Made by a program: the position numbers and the translations under genes | Shown here: in pieces, positions 1 through 10,405 of the stretch | How the letters are laid out: every line of letters begins with the position of its first letter | Numbering within the stretch: position 1 is the first letter of the stretch | Source: an uncultured Solibacteraceae bacterium | GTDB taxonomy: Bacteria; Acidobacteriota; Terriglobia; Bryobacterales; Bryobacteraceae | Direction of reading: 5' to 3' | DNA length: 64,000 bases | Assembly: GCA_963748795.1 (NCBI GenBank) | Contig: CAVVLD010000118.1 | Span: 3,131-67,130, forward strand | Notes under the pieces: generated by a model | Told to the model about the DNA's origin: nothing | The model's database searches: none | The model's input: only the letters and a program-made list of their open reading frames with translations

Positions 1-1
1 C

Positions 2-1489
2 GACCCGGCGCAGCTCGCCTTCGATAAGACAGGCAGCCTGTACGTCGCCGATTTCGGCAATGCGCGGGTACGAAGGATCTCGCCCGGGGGCATCATCACG
101 ACGGTGGCTGGAAGCGGCCAACCCGTCCCGGTGGGGCAGACCGGGTACGGACTCGACTACTCCCCCGACGATCCATTTTCAAGCGGCGATGGAGGCCCGG
201 CCGTCCACGCGACCTTCGACCGGATTGGCGGAGCCACCTACGACTCCGCGGGTAACCTATATGTAAGCGACTCGGGAGGGAATCGAATCCGTAAGATCGA
301 AACCGATGGGACCATCCGCACATTCGCAGGGACAGGCCAGGCGGGGTATTCGGGCGATGGCGGGCCAGCGTTGCAGGCAACGCTTTTCGGCGCGGGACCC
401 CTGGCGGTGGACCCGAAGGGCGACCTCTATGTAATCACCGGAGACAGCCGGGTCCGTAAGATCACCGTGGACGGGACCATCCATCTGGTTGCGGGTACCG
501 GAACCGGCGTGGGCCTCGATCGCGCGCAGGGCGATGGCGGCCCGGGAGTGGACGCGACCCTCAACGAGCCGGGCGGCGTGGCATTCGATGCGCAAGGCAA
601 TATCTACATCGCGGACACTTCCAACGCCCGATTGCGGAAGATCGACACCAGCGGCATCATCACCACTGTTGCCGGACCCGGACAACCGGGCACGGATTAC
701 TACAATGGAGTCGCAATCGATCCGCAGGGGAACATTTTTCTGGCGTGGACTCATGCGGCCCTGTATCCCGCGGTGACTACCAACGCCGTCTCGGGGATGA
801 TCCTGCGAGTCAATCCCGGCGGAACGCTGAGCCGGGTTGTGGGCAACGGACAGCCTTGCACGGGAGGACCGGACAACGCGCAGTTCGCCTTCGACGGCAT
901 GCCCGCTTTGGCGGCTCAGTTGTGCGAGGTGGTGTCCCTGACGATCGACAAGAATGGCGTCATGTATTTCCCGTATGGAGGGCAGATCCTGCAGGTGACT
1001 ACCGATGGAATCATCCATACGGTAGCCGGCAACGGTCTGGCGACGGCAATTGGCGACGGCGGTCCGGTTCTGGATGCCGGACTCAACGCGGATAGCCCGG
1101 GAACGCCGGCGTTCGATCCGAACGGGAGCATGGCGATTCCGGAGCCTGGCATCGATCGAATCCGGAAGGTGACGGGGACGCCGTATCAGCTCTCGGTGTC
1201 GCTGGATCATCTGAGCTCGACGGGCACGCAGCCGCAGAGCTGGCCTATCGCGACGTCGGCAAACTTCGCGGAGCCGTTTCCTTACGGCGTTCGCGTGAGC
1301 ACCGATGACGGCGGGTCGTGGCTGAGCGTGAACCGCCTGAGCGGCCTGGTTGGGGAGCCGGTCGTGGTGAGCGTCAATCCGGCCGGCTTGGCATCGGGTT
1401 CGTATCGCGGGACAGTTTCGGTAACTTTGGAAGGTGGAGCCTCGGGTCAGGTCAATGTGCCGGTTACGCTCTCGGTGCCGGCGCAGTGA
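2..1489 (+). CDS. NHL-repeat beta-propeller protein with C-terminal Ig-like domain (5-prime end outside window)
   Basis: The frame of ORF 104..1489 stays open back to base 2 (DKTGSLYVADFGNARVRRISPGGIITTVAGSG). The NHL-type unit recurs at least 6 times (GNLYVSDSGGNRIRKIETDGTIRTFAGTG; GDLYVITGDSRVRKITVDGTIHLVAGTG; GNIYIADTSNARLRKIDTSGIITTVAG). The tail SWLSVNRLSGLVGEPVVVSVNPAGLASGSYRGTVSV looks Ig/BACON-like. Confidence 0.8.
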   Translation, partial: DPAQLAFDKTGSLYVADFGNARVRRISPGGIITTVAGSGQPVPVGQTGYGLDYSPDDPFSSGDGGPAVHATFDRIGGATYDSAGNLYVSDSGGNRIRKIETDGTIRTFAGTGQAGYSGDGGPALQATLFGAGPLAVDPKGDLYVITGDSRVRKITVDGTIHLVAGTGTGVGLDRAQGDGGPGVDATLNEPGGVAFDAQGNIYIADTSNARLRKIDTSGIITTVAGPGQPGTDYYNGVAIDPQGNIFLAWTHAALYPAVTTNAVSGMILRVNPGGTLSRVVGNGQPCTGGPDNAQFAFDGMPALAAQLCEVVSLTIDKNGVMYFPYGGQILQVTTDGIIHTVAGNGLATAIGDGGPVLDAGLNADSPGTPAFDPNGSMAIPEPGIDRIRKVTGTPYQLSVSLDHLSSTGTQPQSWPIATSANFAEPFPYGVRVSTDDGGSWLSVNRLSGLVGEPVVVSVNPAGLASGSYRGTVSVTLEGGASGQVNVPVTLSVPAQ

Positions 1490-1520
1490 TCGTCAATCCC
1501 GACCCTGTTATTCTGTTCTG

Positions 1521-2215
<695 letters not shown>

Positions 2216-2229
2216 AAGACCTGCTCATC

Positions 2230-3700
2230 ATGAAATTCGGCGGCACCAGCGTGGGCTCCGCCGAGCGCATGCGGGTGGCCGCCGGCTTGGCCGCCGCAGG
2301 AGGGCAAGCGGCGGCCGGTGGCGGTGGTGGTGTCCGCGATGTCGAAGATCACCGACCTGCTGCTGGACACCATGCGCCACGCCGAAGCGGGCGATCACGC
2401 CGGCATCGACGACGAACCTGGCCGCCTTGCGCCACCGGCACGAGGAAGCCTGCCGGGAACTGCTGCCGGAGGGAGCGGCAGGCCGCCGTTCTGCCGCGGA
2501 TTCACGAACTGATCAGCGAGTTCGAGCGCATCGTCAACGGCATGGCCATGCTGAACGAGCGGCCGCCGCGCTCGGTGGATGAAGCCGTGGCCATCGGCGA
2601 GCGCCTCTCCGCGCTGCTGGTTTCCGAATATCTGAACAGCGCGGGAACGCCCGCCGCAGCCGTGAACGCCTGGAGCGTAGTGGTCACCGACGCCGTGTTC
2701 GGCAACGCGTCGCCGCTGATGGAACCGACCCGGGAGAAGGCCCGCGGCGTCCTGATGCCGCTGCTGGAGCAGGGGAAGATTCCCGATCGTTACCGGCTTC
2801 AACGGCGCCACCGCCGACGGACGGCCGACCACGCTGGGCCGCGGCGGATCGGATTTCTCGGCCTCCATCCTGGCCGCCGCGCTGGACGCTTCCGAGTTGT
2901 GGATCTGGACCGACGTGGATGGCATCATGAGCGCCGATCCGCGGCTGGTGCCGGACGCCCAGGTGCTGGACGAGGTCACCTACGTCGAAGCCGCCGAACT
3001 GGCCTACAACGGGGCCAAGGTGCTGCACCCGCGCACGCTGGCGCCGCTGGCCGAAAAGAAGATTCCGGTGTGGAGCAAGAACAGCTTCGCTCCCGAAAAG
3101 CCGGGCACCAAAATCGTCCCGCAGATTGCCGGAGGCGGCGCCGGCGCGCGCGCCGTCACCTCGATGACGAACGTGGCGCTGGTTTCGCTGGAGCCGGGCA
3201 GTCCCGAATTGAACGGGGTGCAGGTGATGGCCCGCTCGCTGGACGCGGTGGCGCGGGCGAACGTGGAAGTGCTGGTGGTCTCCAGTTCCAGCTACCGGCA
3301 GAACTTCTGTTTCCTGGTGCGCACCGAAGAGCTGGCCCGCACGCTGCAGGCGCTGGAATCGGCCCTGGCGCTGGAACTGGCGCACGGCTATCTCAGCCCC
3401 ATCCAAGTGGATAGCAACGTCGGCCTGCTGGCGGCGGTCGGCGAAGGCATGCAGGGCAAGCCGGGCCTGGCGGGGCGCATTTTCACGGCCATTTCGCGGG
3501 TTCACGTGAACATCATTGCCATCGCGCAGGGCGCCAGCGAATTGACGATCGCGGTGGTGGTGCGGCGGGACGGCCTGGAAAAAGCGGTGCAGGCGGTGCA
3601 CGCCGAATGCGGGCTGGGGCAACGGCCGCCGGTCCCGGTTTTCCCGTTCACCGGCAAGAATTCGGGCGTACCCAAGCCCAAGCGGCGCCAGGTACCATAA
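2230..3700 (+). CDS. lysC: Aspartate kinase (at least 4 frame changes)
   Basis: MKFGGTSVGSAERM, VVVSAMSKITDLLL, IPIVTGFNGATADGRPTTLGRGGSDFSASILAAAL, ELWIWTDVDGIMSADPRLV and C-terminal ACT-like repeats (NVALVSLEPG..., VGLLAAVGEGM...IIAIAQGASE). Pieces lie in ORFs 1774..3414, 2318..2512 and 2897..3700. Confidence 0.8.
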
Positions 3701-3723
3701 AGCACGGCCCGGTGCCGTTCGGT

Positions 3724-3729
3724 TATAAT
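3724..3729 (+). promoter_or_regulatory. Possible -10 box (TATAAT) upstream of the PpiD-like gene
   Basis: Exact TATAAT lies 39 nt upstream of ATG 3768, with CAGGAG (3751..3756) as a Shine-Dalgarno candidate. No convincing -35 box seen. Confidence 0.3.
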
Positions 3730-3767
3730 AAGGATTCCTCACTTATTAGACAGGAGTTTTCTCTCGC

Positions 3768-5699
3768 ATGTTTGATCTGTTCCGCAGCCGTGAAAAATCG
3801 GTGCGCATACTCTTGGGGGCGCTGCTGGTACTGGTGGCGTTGTCCATGCTTACCTATCTGATTCCCAGCTATGGCACGGGAGTTTCGAACACCCCGGATA
3901 CGGTAATCGCCACGGTTGGCGGCGACTCCATCACCATGCTGGATATGCAGAAGGTGATCCAGGACACCCTAAAGGCGCGGCAGTTGCCTCCCTCCGCCGT
4001 GTCGACCTTTATTCCCCAGATGGTACAGGACGCTATTACCGAGAGGGCCCTGGCATATCAGGCCAGGCAACTCGGCCTCCAGGTGAGCGACGCGGATGTG
4101 GCGGTGACGATCCGGCAGACCATCCCGAATCTCTTCCCGGACGGCAAGTTTGTCGGCAAAGACTCCTACGCCGCCGTGCTGGCGCAGCAGAATCTGACTA
4201 TCGAGCAGTTTGAGAGCGACCTCAAACGCCAGATTCTGATCCACAGGCTGCAGGACATTGCGATAGAAGGAACGGTAGTCACGCCGCAGGAAATCGAAGC
4301 CGAGTACAAGAAGAAGAACGAGAAGATCAAGATCCAGTACGTCAAGCTGCTCTCGGACAAGTTCAAGGCGGAGGCTGCTCCCAGCGCCGACGATATCCAG
4401 AAATACTTCCAGGCCAACGCGGCGCGCTTCACCGTTCCCGAAAGGAAGAACCTGACGATCCTGCTGGCCGACCAGGCCAAGCTGATGCAGACGATCACTC
4501 CGACCGATAACGAACTGCAGGCCATGTATAACCTGAACAAGCAGCAGTTTCAGACTCCGGAGCGCGTCCAGGTGGTTCACATTCTGATCAACACGCAGGG
4601 CAAAACGCCGGCGGAAGACGCCAAGCTGAAAGCCAAGGCGGACGATCTGCTGAAGCAGGTGAGAGCAGGCGCCAACATTACGGAACTGGTCAAGAAGTAT
4701 TCGGACGATCCTGGAAAGGCGCAGAACAACGGGGAGTACTGGGTGCAGCAGGACAGCGGCATGGTGCCGGAGTTCAAGGCCGCGGCCTTCCGTCTGAAGC
4801 CGGGCGAAAGCGACGTGGTCAAAACCACGTATGGCTATCACGTCATGAAGGTGCTCAAGCATGAAGCCGCCCACCTGAAGACGTTCGAAGAGGCCAAGCC
4901 GGAGCTCACGACGCAGTGGAGGACGCAGCGGGTGTCCAACCTGTTGCAGCAGATTTCGGACAAGGCGCAGGCCGAATTACAGAAGGATCCCACGCATCCG
5001 GAAAAGGTGGCCGCGGAGTTCAATATGCAACTGGTGCAGGCCAATGCGGTCGCGCCCGATGGCACCGTTCCGGAAATCGGCGTGAATGCGGATTTCAATT
5101 CGTCCCTGGTCGGCCTGAAGCAGGGAGAAGTCTCGCAGCCGGTCGCGCTGCCTGGCAATAAGCTGGTGCTGGCGGTGGTGACCGGAATCGTTCCGGCGCG
5201 TCCCCAGACGCTGGACGAAGCCAAGGATGCCATTAAGGACACCCTTACCGGCACGCGGCTGACCCACCTGGTGCAGGAAAAGGCGACCGAACTGATGAGC
5301 AAAGCCAAGTCCATGGGCGACCTGGAAAAGGCGGCCAAGTCCATGGGGCTCGAAGTCAAGACCAGCGCCGAATTCGGACGCACCGGCACGGTGGAAGGGC
5401 TGGGCACCGCTACCTATCTGCAGGATGGTTTCCGGACGGCCGATGGCGGACTGTTCGGACCCATTGCCATTCCCGACGGCGAGGTGGTGGCCAAGGTAAT
5501 CCAGCACATTGCACCCGACATGTCGCAACTGGAGGCGCAGCGCACCCAGATTCGCGACGATCTGAAGTCGCAGAAGGCCCGCGACCGCGATTCCCTGTTC
5601 GAAGCCGGCGTGCGCGACATGCTGATCAAACAGGGCAAGCTGAAGGTGGAACAGCAGGCGTTGCAGAAGCTGATCGCCAGTTATCAGACCGGCGGATGA
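3768..5699 (+). CDS. ppiD: PpiD/SurA-type periplasmic chaperone, peptidyl-prolyl isomerase (parvulin domain)
   Basis: Intact 643 aa ORF. It has an N-terminal membrane anchor (SVRILLGALLVLVALSMLTYLI), a SurA_N-like region and a parvulin rotamase signature (HILI..., FRLKPGESDVVKTTYGYHVMKV). Confidence 0.75.
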   Translation: MFDLFRSREKSVRILLGALLVLVALSMLTYLIPSYGTGVSNTPDTVIATVGGDSITMLDMQKVIQDTLKARQLPPSAVSTFIPQMVQDAITERALAYQARQLGLQVSDADVAVTIRQTIPNLFPDGKFVGKDSYAAVLAQQNLTIEQFESDLKRQILIHRLQDIAIEGTVVTPQEIEAEYKKKNEKIKIQYVKLLSDKFKAEAAPSADDIQKYFQANAARFTVPERKNLTILLADQAKLMQTITPTDNELQAMYNLNKQQFQTPERVQVVHILINTQGKTPAEDAKLKAKADDLLKQVRAGANITELVKKYSDDPGKAQNNGEYWVQQDSGMVPEFKAAAFRLKPGESDVVKTTYGYHVMKVLKHEAAHLKTFEEAKPELTTQWRTQRVSNLLQQISDKAQAELQKDPTHPEKVAAEFNMQLVQANAVAPDGTVPEIGVNADFNSSLVGLKQGEVSQPVALPGNKLVLAVVTGIVPARPQTLDEAKDAIKDTLTGTRLTHLVQEKATELMSKAKSMGDLEKAAKSMGLEVKTSAEFGRTGTVEGLGTATYLQDGFRTADGGLFGPIAIPDGEVVAKVIQHIAPDMSQLEAQRTQIRDDLKSQKARDRDSLFEAGVRDMLIKQGKLKVEQQALQKLIASYQTGG

Positions 5700-6340
5700 T
5701 CCAACATCTTTTCGATCTTTACAGGTCTCTGACGAACCCGGACCGGCTGATCCACCTGCTGGGAACGCTGCTTTCGGGGTGGTGGGGCTACCTGGCGATG
5801 TTCGCCGTGGTGTTCTCGGAGACGGGATTGCTGGTGGGCTTCTTTCTGCCGGGCGATTCGTTTCTGTTCACCATCGGGGTGGTTGCCGGCGCGGGCGCGC
5901 TGAATATCGTCACTGTAAACATTGTGCTGATGCTGGCCGCGATGATGGGCGATTCCACCGGGTACCTGCTGGGCCGGCAGACCGGGCCGCGCATCTTCAG
6001 CCGTCCGGATTCGCGCCTGTTTAGACAGGAATACGTCACCCGCACCAAGGCATTTTACGATCGGTATGGCGGAAAGACGATCACGTTTGCCCGCTTCGTG
6101 CCCATCGTCCGGACCTTCGCGGCATTCATCGCCGGAGTGGGCCAGATGCCGTATACCCGCTTCCTGCCGTACAGCGTCTGCGGCGGCGCCGGCTGGGTAT
6201 TTCTCTGCACGATGCTGGGCTACCTGCTGGGCGGCATTCCGATCGTGAAGCAGAATTTTGACAAGGCGATCATTCTGATCATCCTGCTATCGCTTTTGCC
6301 CACGCTCATCGAAGTGCTCAAAGCGCGCCGCGAAGCGTAA
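5696..6340 (+). CDS. DedA family (SNARE-associated) membrane protein
   Basis: Intact 214 aa ORF with FSETGLLVGFFLPGDSFLF and ITFARFVPIVRTFAAFIAG motifs. ATGA overlap with the upstream gene. Confidence 0.85.
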   Translation: MIQHLFDLYRSLTNPDRLIHLLGTLLSGWWGYLAMFAVVFSETGLLVGFFLPGDSFLFTIGVVAGAGALNIVTVNIVLMLAAMMGDSTGYLLGRQTGPRIFSRPDSRLFRQEYVTRTKAFYDRYGGKTITFARFVPIVRTFAAFIAGVGQMPYTRFLPYSVCGGAGWVFLCTMLGYLLGGIPIVKQNFDKAIILIILLSLLPTLIEVLKARREA

Positions 6341-6361
6341 GACAGACCTCCCGGTCTGTCT
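6340..6361. terminator. Perfect 9-bp hairpin between convergent genes
   Basis: AGACAGACC tccc GGTCTGTCT sits directly after the DedA stop and before the stop of the minus-strand gene. There is no T-tract, so terminator function is only inferred. Confidence 0.45.
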
Positions 6362-6374
6362 AGTCATTCCCCTG

Positions 6375-6986
6375 TCATACCGACCGCCCGAACAAGCCAC
6401 TCGCGTATAGCCGCTCGTCTACCCGTCCCAGCCTGGAGACGAGCTTGGGCGCCAGCACCGGAGTATGCGAGATGGTGCACAGGTATTCCGGGATGGCCCA
6501 CACGTCCTGCTCCGCGGTCATCCAGCCTATGGAATCGAAGCGCTTCAGATTGACGGGCCGGGAGTAGCGCCGCAGGGTCTTCTCCTTCCGCAGATTGTAG
6601 TAATGCTCGAAGTAGGACATGGCCAGTTCGCGCAGCGTGCGGTACACCGGCTCGCGATAGCGCAGCCCGGAGTAGTTCGATTTCGCCAGCGCACCCCAGT
6701 GGCCGCGCAGGCGGAAGATGGCCAGCACGTGATCGTCGTCGCGCACGGCTTCGAAATCCAGCAGCAGCGGCTGGTGGCCCAACATGCGCAGCGCCGCGGC
6801 GCCGAACAGGGCTCCCTCCATGCAGTGGCCGGTGCGGTCTCGCAGGACGCGGCGCGGCGAGCGGCAGGTGGGGCCGTGCGGTTCCTTGTTGTATGCCAGG
6901 TCGTCCAGGAAACGCTGGATCTTCTCGGGCGAGCGGAGGCGGCGAAAGACCGCGCGCTCCGCGGCCGTAAACGGGTCGAAGGCCAT
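6375..6986 (-). CDS. Transglutaminase-like cysteine-protease-fold protein, function unknown
   Basis: Intact 203 aa ORF. It has a candidate Cys-His-Asp arrangement (TGHCMEGALFGAAALR ... DDDHVLAIF ...), typical of transglutaminase-like superfamily proteins. Confidence 0.55.
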   Translation of the reverse strand: MAFDPFTAAERAVFRRLRSPEKIQRFLDDLAYNKEPHGPTCRSPRRVLRDRTGHCMEGALFGAAALRMLGHQPLLLDFEAVRDDDHVLAIFRLRGHWGALAKSNYSGLRYREPVYRTLRELAMSYFEHYYNLRKEKTLRRYSRPVNLKRFDSIGWMTAEQDVWAIPEYLCTISHTPVLAPKLVSRLGRVDERLYASGLFGRSV

Positions 6987-7018
6987 CGCGTCCAGGGTAA
7001 CCCACTATACTGGCACCT

Positions 7019-8666
7019 ATGCAGTTATTGCTCTCGATTCTTTTCTTCTTCGCCGCCGCGACCCCCTACGACGTGGTGATCCGCAACGGCCGCATCATCG
7101 ACGGCACCGGCTCGCCCTGGTATGCGGGCGACATCGGCATCCGCGACGGACGCATCGCCGCCATCGGCAAGCGTGGACGGCGCCCGCGCGCCGCACAATC
7201 GACGCGCGCGGCATGGTGGTGGCTCCCGGCTTCATCGACATGCTGGGCCAGTCGGAGCTGACCATTCTGGTGAATCCGCATCTGCCGTCGAAAATCTATC
7301 AGGGCATCACCACCGAGATCACCGGAGAAGGCGGCTCCATCGCGCCGCTGAACGACGCCATCCTGAAGGCCGACCACGTCACCTACGAGCATTACGGCAT
7401 CACGCCCGACTGGCGCACCTTCGCCCAGTACTTCGCGCGCCTCCGCAAGCAGGGCATGGGCATCAACCTGGCCAGCTACGTAGGCGCCACGCAGGTGCGC
7501 CGGATGGTGCTGGGCGACGACAATCGCGCGCCGAGCGCCGCCGAACTGGAACGGATGAAGAGCCTGGTGCGCGATGCCATGCACGATGGCGCCATCGGCG
7601 TCTCGACGTCCCTGCAGTACGCGCCCGCTCCGTATGCCACCACCGAAGAACTGATCGCCCTGGCTGCCGAGGCGGCGCAAGCTTGGGCGGCATTTACGCT
7701 TCGCACATTCGCGATGAGGGCAACGGCATCGACGCCGCGCTCGACGAAGCGTTCCGCATCGGGCGCGAGGCCAGAATTCCGGTGGAGATCTGGCACCTCA
7801 AGGCCGCCGGCAAGTCCAACTGGGGCCGCATGCCGGAGATCATCGCGCGCATCGACGCTGCGCGCCGCGCCGGAGTGGACGTGGCGGCCGACACCTACGC
7901 GTACACCGCCGGCTTCAACAGCTTCTCCGCCATCATCCCGCCGTGGGCGCACGATGGCGGCGACAAGAAGCTGATCGAGCGCCTCAAGGACCCGGCCACG
8001 CGCGCGCGCATTCGCAAGGAAATGGAAACGCCGTCGGGCGACTGGAACAACGAGTGGCAGCAGGTGACCGGGCCGGAATCCTTCATCGTGGGCGCCGTGC
8101 AGAATCCCAAGCTGCTGCCGCTGCAAGGGAAGACGATCGCGGAGATCGCGCGGATCTGGCACAAGGACCCCATCGATACGGTCTTCGACCTGCTGATCCA
8201 GGACGACGCTTTCACCCAGGTGGCGCTGTTCATCATGTCCGAGCCCGACGTGGTGCTGGCGCTGCAGCAGCCGTGGGTCTCGGTTTGCAACGATTCGCAA
8301 GGCACCGCGCCCGAGCGGCATCCTCGGCACGGGAACATCCGCACCCGCGCGCGTACGGCGCCTTCCCGCACATTCTGCACCAATATGTGCACGAGGAAAA
8401 GAAGCTGACCCTGGAAGACGCCATTCGCAAATTCACGGCGCTTCCGGCACAGCGCATGCGCTTCGCCGACCGCGGCGTGATCAAGTCCGGCATGTGGGCC
8501 GATATCGTGGTGTTCGATCCGGATACCGTCCGCGATCTCGCCACCTTCGACGCCCCCAATCAACTCTCGCAGGGCATGCGCTTTGTATTGGTCAATGGAG
8601 TCCCGGTGATCGACGAAGGCAAGATGACCAACGCGCTGCCGGGCAAGGTGCTGGACAGGCATATAA
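7019..8666 (+). CDS. N-acyl-D-amino-acid deacylase (D-aminoacylase), amidohydrolase superfamily (frameshifted; 3-prime end approximate)
   Basis: Signal-like N-terminus, then YDVVIRNGRIIDGTG, VAPGFIDMLGQSE, IYASHIRDEGNGI, EIWHLKAAG, HPRAYGAFPHIL and DIVVFDPDTV. Pieces lie in ORFs 7019..7261, 6784..7974, 7122..8408 and 7943..8824. Confidence 0.75.
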
Positions 8667-8676
8667 TGAGTCAAGG

Positions 8677-8891
8677 ATGTTTATGCCTACTGACGAGTCG
8701 GACTTGGCACTGCAGAAGAAGCGTTCGAGTGTCTCGTTCCCAATTGTCCCGGGTGCCCGTTGTCTCAGGGCGACCTCGCCGCGAGGCTGGAGGCCTGGGA
8801 AAACATCCAGGATGCGATTCGTGAATACCTTGCTGCCGCGCAAGATCTAAACCCGGACGCCGAGATGCGCGAAGTTCTGGTATCGGTTTAG
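8677..8891 (+). pseudogene. HicB-like antitoxin remnant (frameshifted)
   Basis: The frame ending at TAG 8889..8891 reads PNCPGCPLSQGDLAARLEAWENIQDAIREYLAAAQDL, the HicB/UPF0150 core pattern (PGC.SQG.T.EEA..N...AI). The N-terminus is in another frame (MFMPTDES... from ATG 8677). Confidence 0.4.
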
Positions 8892-9112
8892 CACCGGCCA
8901 AGGGCAAAATTCCCGGTGTCCCCCACCTCCACGCTGTTCGTGCATTGGAAAAGGCGGGATTTCAAGTCGTCCGGCAGGGGAAGCACATCGTCATGTCCGA
9001 CGGCACGCGGATCATCACTGTTCCCCGCCACAATCCGGTAGACGCCTACACCATGGGTGGGGAATTCGAAAGATGCCGGCCTCGCCAATGAACAGTTCCG
9101 GAAGTTTGCTCT
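8892..9112 (+). pseudogene. HicA/YcfA-like toxin remnant (no start codon, 3-prime frameshift)
   Basis: KIPGVPHLHAVRALEKAGFQVVRQGKHIVMSDGTRIITVPRHNPVDAYTMGG, then (other frame) KDAGLANEQFRKFAL. No ATG/GTG/TTG follows the preceding stop, and the C-terminus is broken near 9060. Confidence 0.45.
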
Positions 9113-9151
9113 GACCGACAGCTACATCGCCGCGGCGGGAGTTCGACCATC

Positions 9152-10327
9152 TCACCGGCGAGTTCCCACACACACCGCCGTCATGGCGCGTTCAAACCCC
9201 GCAAGCGAGCGCTCGATTTCGCTCTTCGCAATGGTCAGCGATAACCGCATGTAGCCGCTGCGCCCGAAGCCTGTGCCGGGTACCGCCAGGATTCCTTCCC
9301 GCTGGAGCAGCCCGATGAATGCCACATCGTCTTCAATGGGAGTCCTTGGGAAGACGTAAAACGAGCCCTGCGGCCGCGGCGCATCGTACCCCATCTTCGC
9401 CAGCGCCCCGCACAGCAGATCGCGCTTTTCCTGGTACGGCCGGACGTCCACTGCCGCGTCCGGAACCTGGCCTACCACCCATTGCCAGATCGCCGGCGCG
9501 TTGATGTAGCCCAGGATCCGGTTGGCGAAGGTACAGGCGTTGCGCAACGCCGCCCGCTCGGCGAGGCGCGGCGAAATCGCCAGATACCCGATGCGCTCGC
9601 CGGGAATCGCCATCGCCTTGGACCAGCTCCAGGCCACCACGCTCCGCTCCACCAGGGCCGGCACCTCGGGAGGCGTCACCCCGTCGTAAGTGAGCGGCCG
9701 GTACGGTTCGTCGCTGATTACCATCATGGGCTCGCGAATCACGCCATTCAGTTCGCGCAGCGTTTCCGCGGAGTATACCGTGCCAGTCGGATTGTTCGGC
9801 GAATTCAGAATCAGAGCCTTGGTGCGCGGCGTAATCGCGCGGGCGATTCGCTCCACATCGGGCTGAAAGCGTGCGTCCGTCTCCACGAATACCACGCGTC
9901 CGCCGTGGTTCTCCACATAAAAGCGGTACTCGGGGAAGTGCGGATTCAAGAGGATTACTTCGTCTCCCGGATCCAGAATGGACTTCAGCACCGTATTGAT
10001 GGCCCCGGCGGCTCCGCTGGTCATAATCACGTCGCCGGTTTCGAAAGGCAGGCCGGTGCGCGCCGCAAGACCGCGCGCCAGCACTTCGCGCACCTGGGGA
10101 TAGCCGGCATTGGGCATATAGCCGTGACTGTGCGGGCGGTTCTCCGCCACCACGCGGCGTAGCGCCTCCACTACGCTCTCCGGCGGTTCCACTTCCGGAT
10201 TGCCCAGCGAGAAATCGAAGACGTTCTCCGCGCCGCGTTGCTGCCGCATCTGGACGCCGATTTCGAACATCCGCCGGATCCATGACGACCGCTCCATCTG
10301 CTCCGCTATGGCTTTGGAGATACTCAT
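9152..10327 (-). CDS. Pyridoxal-phosphate-dependent aminotransferase, class I/II (Asp/Ala aminotransferase-like)
   Basis: Intact from MSISKAIAEQ (ATG complement at 10327). Motifs: GYMPNAGYPQ, ILNSPNNPTG, and the PLP-lysine context SWSKAMAIPGERIGY. The upstream part of ORF 9152..11185 is non-coding read-through. Confidence 0.85.
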   Translation of the reverse strand: MSISKAIAEQMERSSWIRRMFEIGVQMRQQRGAENVFDFSLGNPEVEPPESVVEALRRVVAENRPHSHGYMPNAGYPQVREVLARGLAARTGLPFETGDVIMTSGAAGAINTVLKSILDPGDEVILLNPHFPEYRFYVENHGGRVVFVETDARFQPDVERIARAITPRTKALILNSPNNPTGTVYSAETLRELNGVIREPMMVISDEPYRPLTYDGVTPPEVPALVERSVVAWSWSKAMAIPGERIGYLAISPRLAERAALRNACTFANRILGYINAPAIWQWVVGQVPDAAVDVRPYQEKRDLLCGALAKMGYDAPRPQGSFYVFPRTPIEDDVAFIGLLQREGILAVPGTGFGRSGYMRLSLTIAKSEIERSLAGFERAMTAVCVGTRR

Positions 10328-10390
10328 ACCTTCAATTCCGATATTAACACCACTTTGATGTGGGTGATATATCTGCAGGGAACAAACCGT

Positions 10391-10396
10391 TATAAT
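10391..10396 (+). promoter_or_regulatory. Possible -10 box (TATAAT) only 9 nt upstream of the MFS start codon
   Basis: Exact TATAAT at 10391..10396 and ATG at 10406. No Shine-Dalgarno sequence lies between them and no clear -35 box is present. Confidence 0.3.
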
Positions 10397-10405
10397 CAGG
10401 CTTCC

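Noticed and set aside
257-1210. Long antisense or overlapping ORFs throughout the window. Examples: 257..1210 (-), 2684..3742 (-), 6364..7005 (-), 33699..34739 (-), 38949..40610 (-), 44755..46140 (+), 56471..57757 (-), 60170..61975 (+).
   Set aside because: These are typical shadow ORFs of high-GC DNA. Their translations are Arg/Gly/Pro/Ala-rich with no motifs. Each lies opposite to, or out of frame with, a gene that has clear family signatures.
7010-7030. TGGCAC at 7011..7016 upstream of, and overlapping, the D-aminoacylase start.
   Set aside because: There is no TTGC at the required spacing (CAGT follows 5 nt later). It is a chance hexamer.
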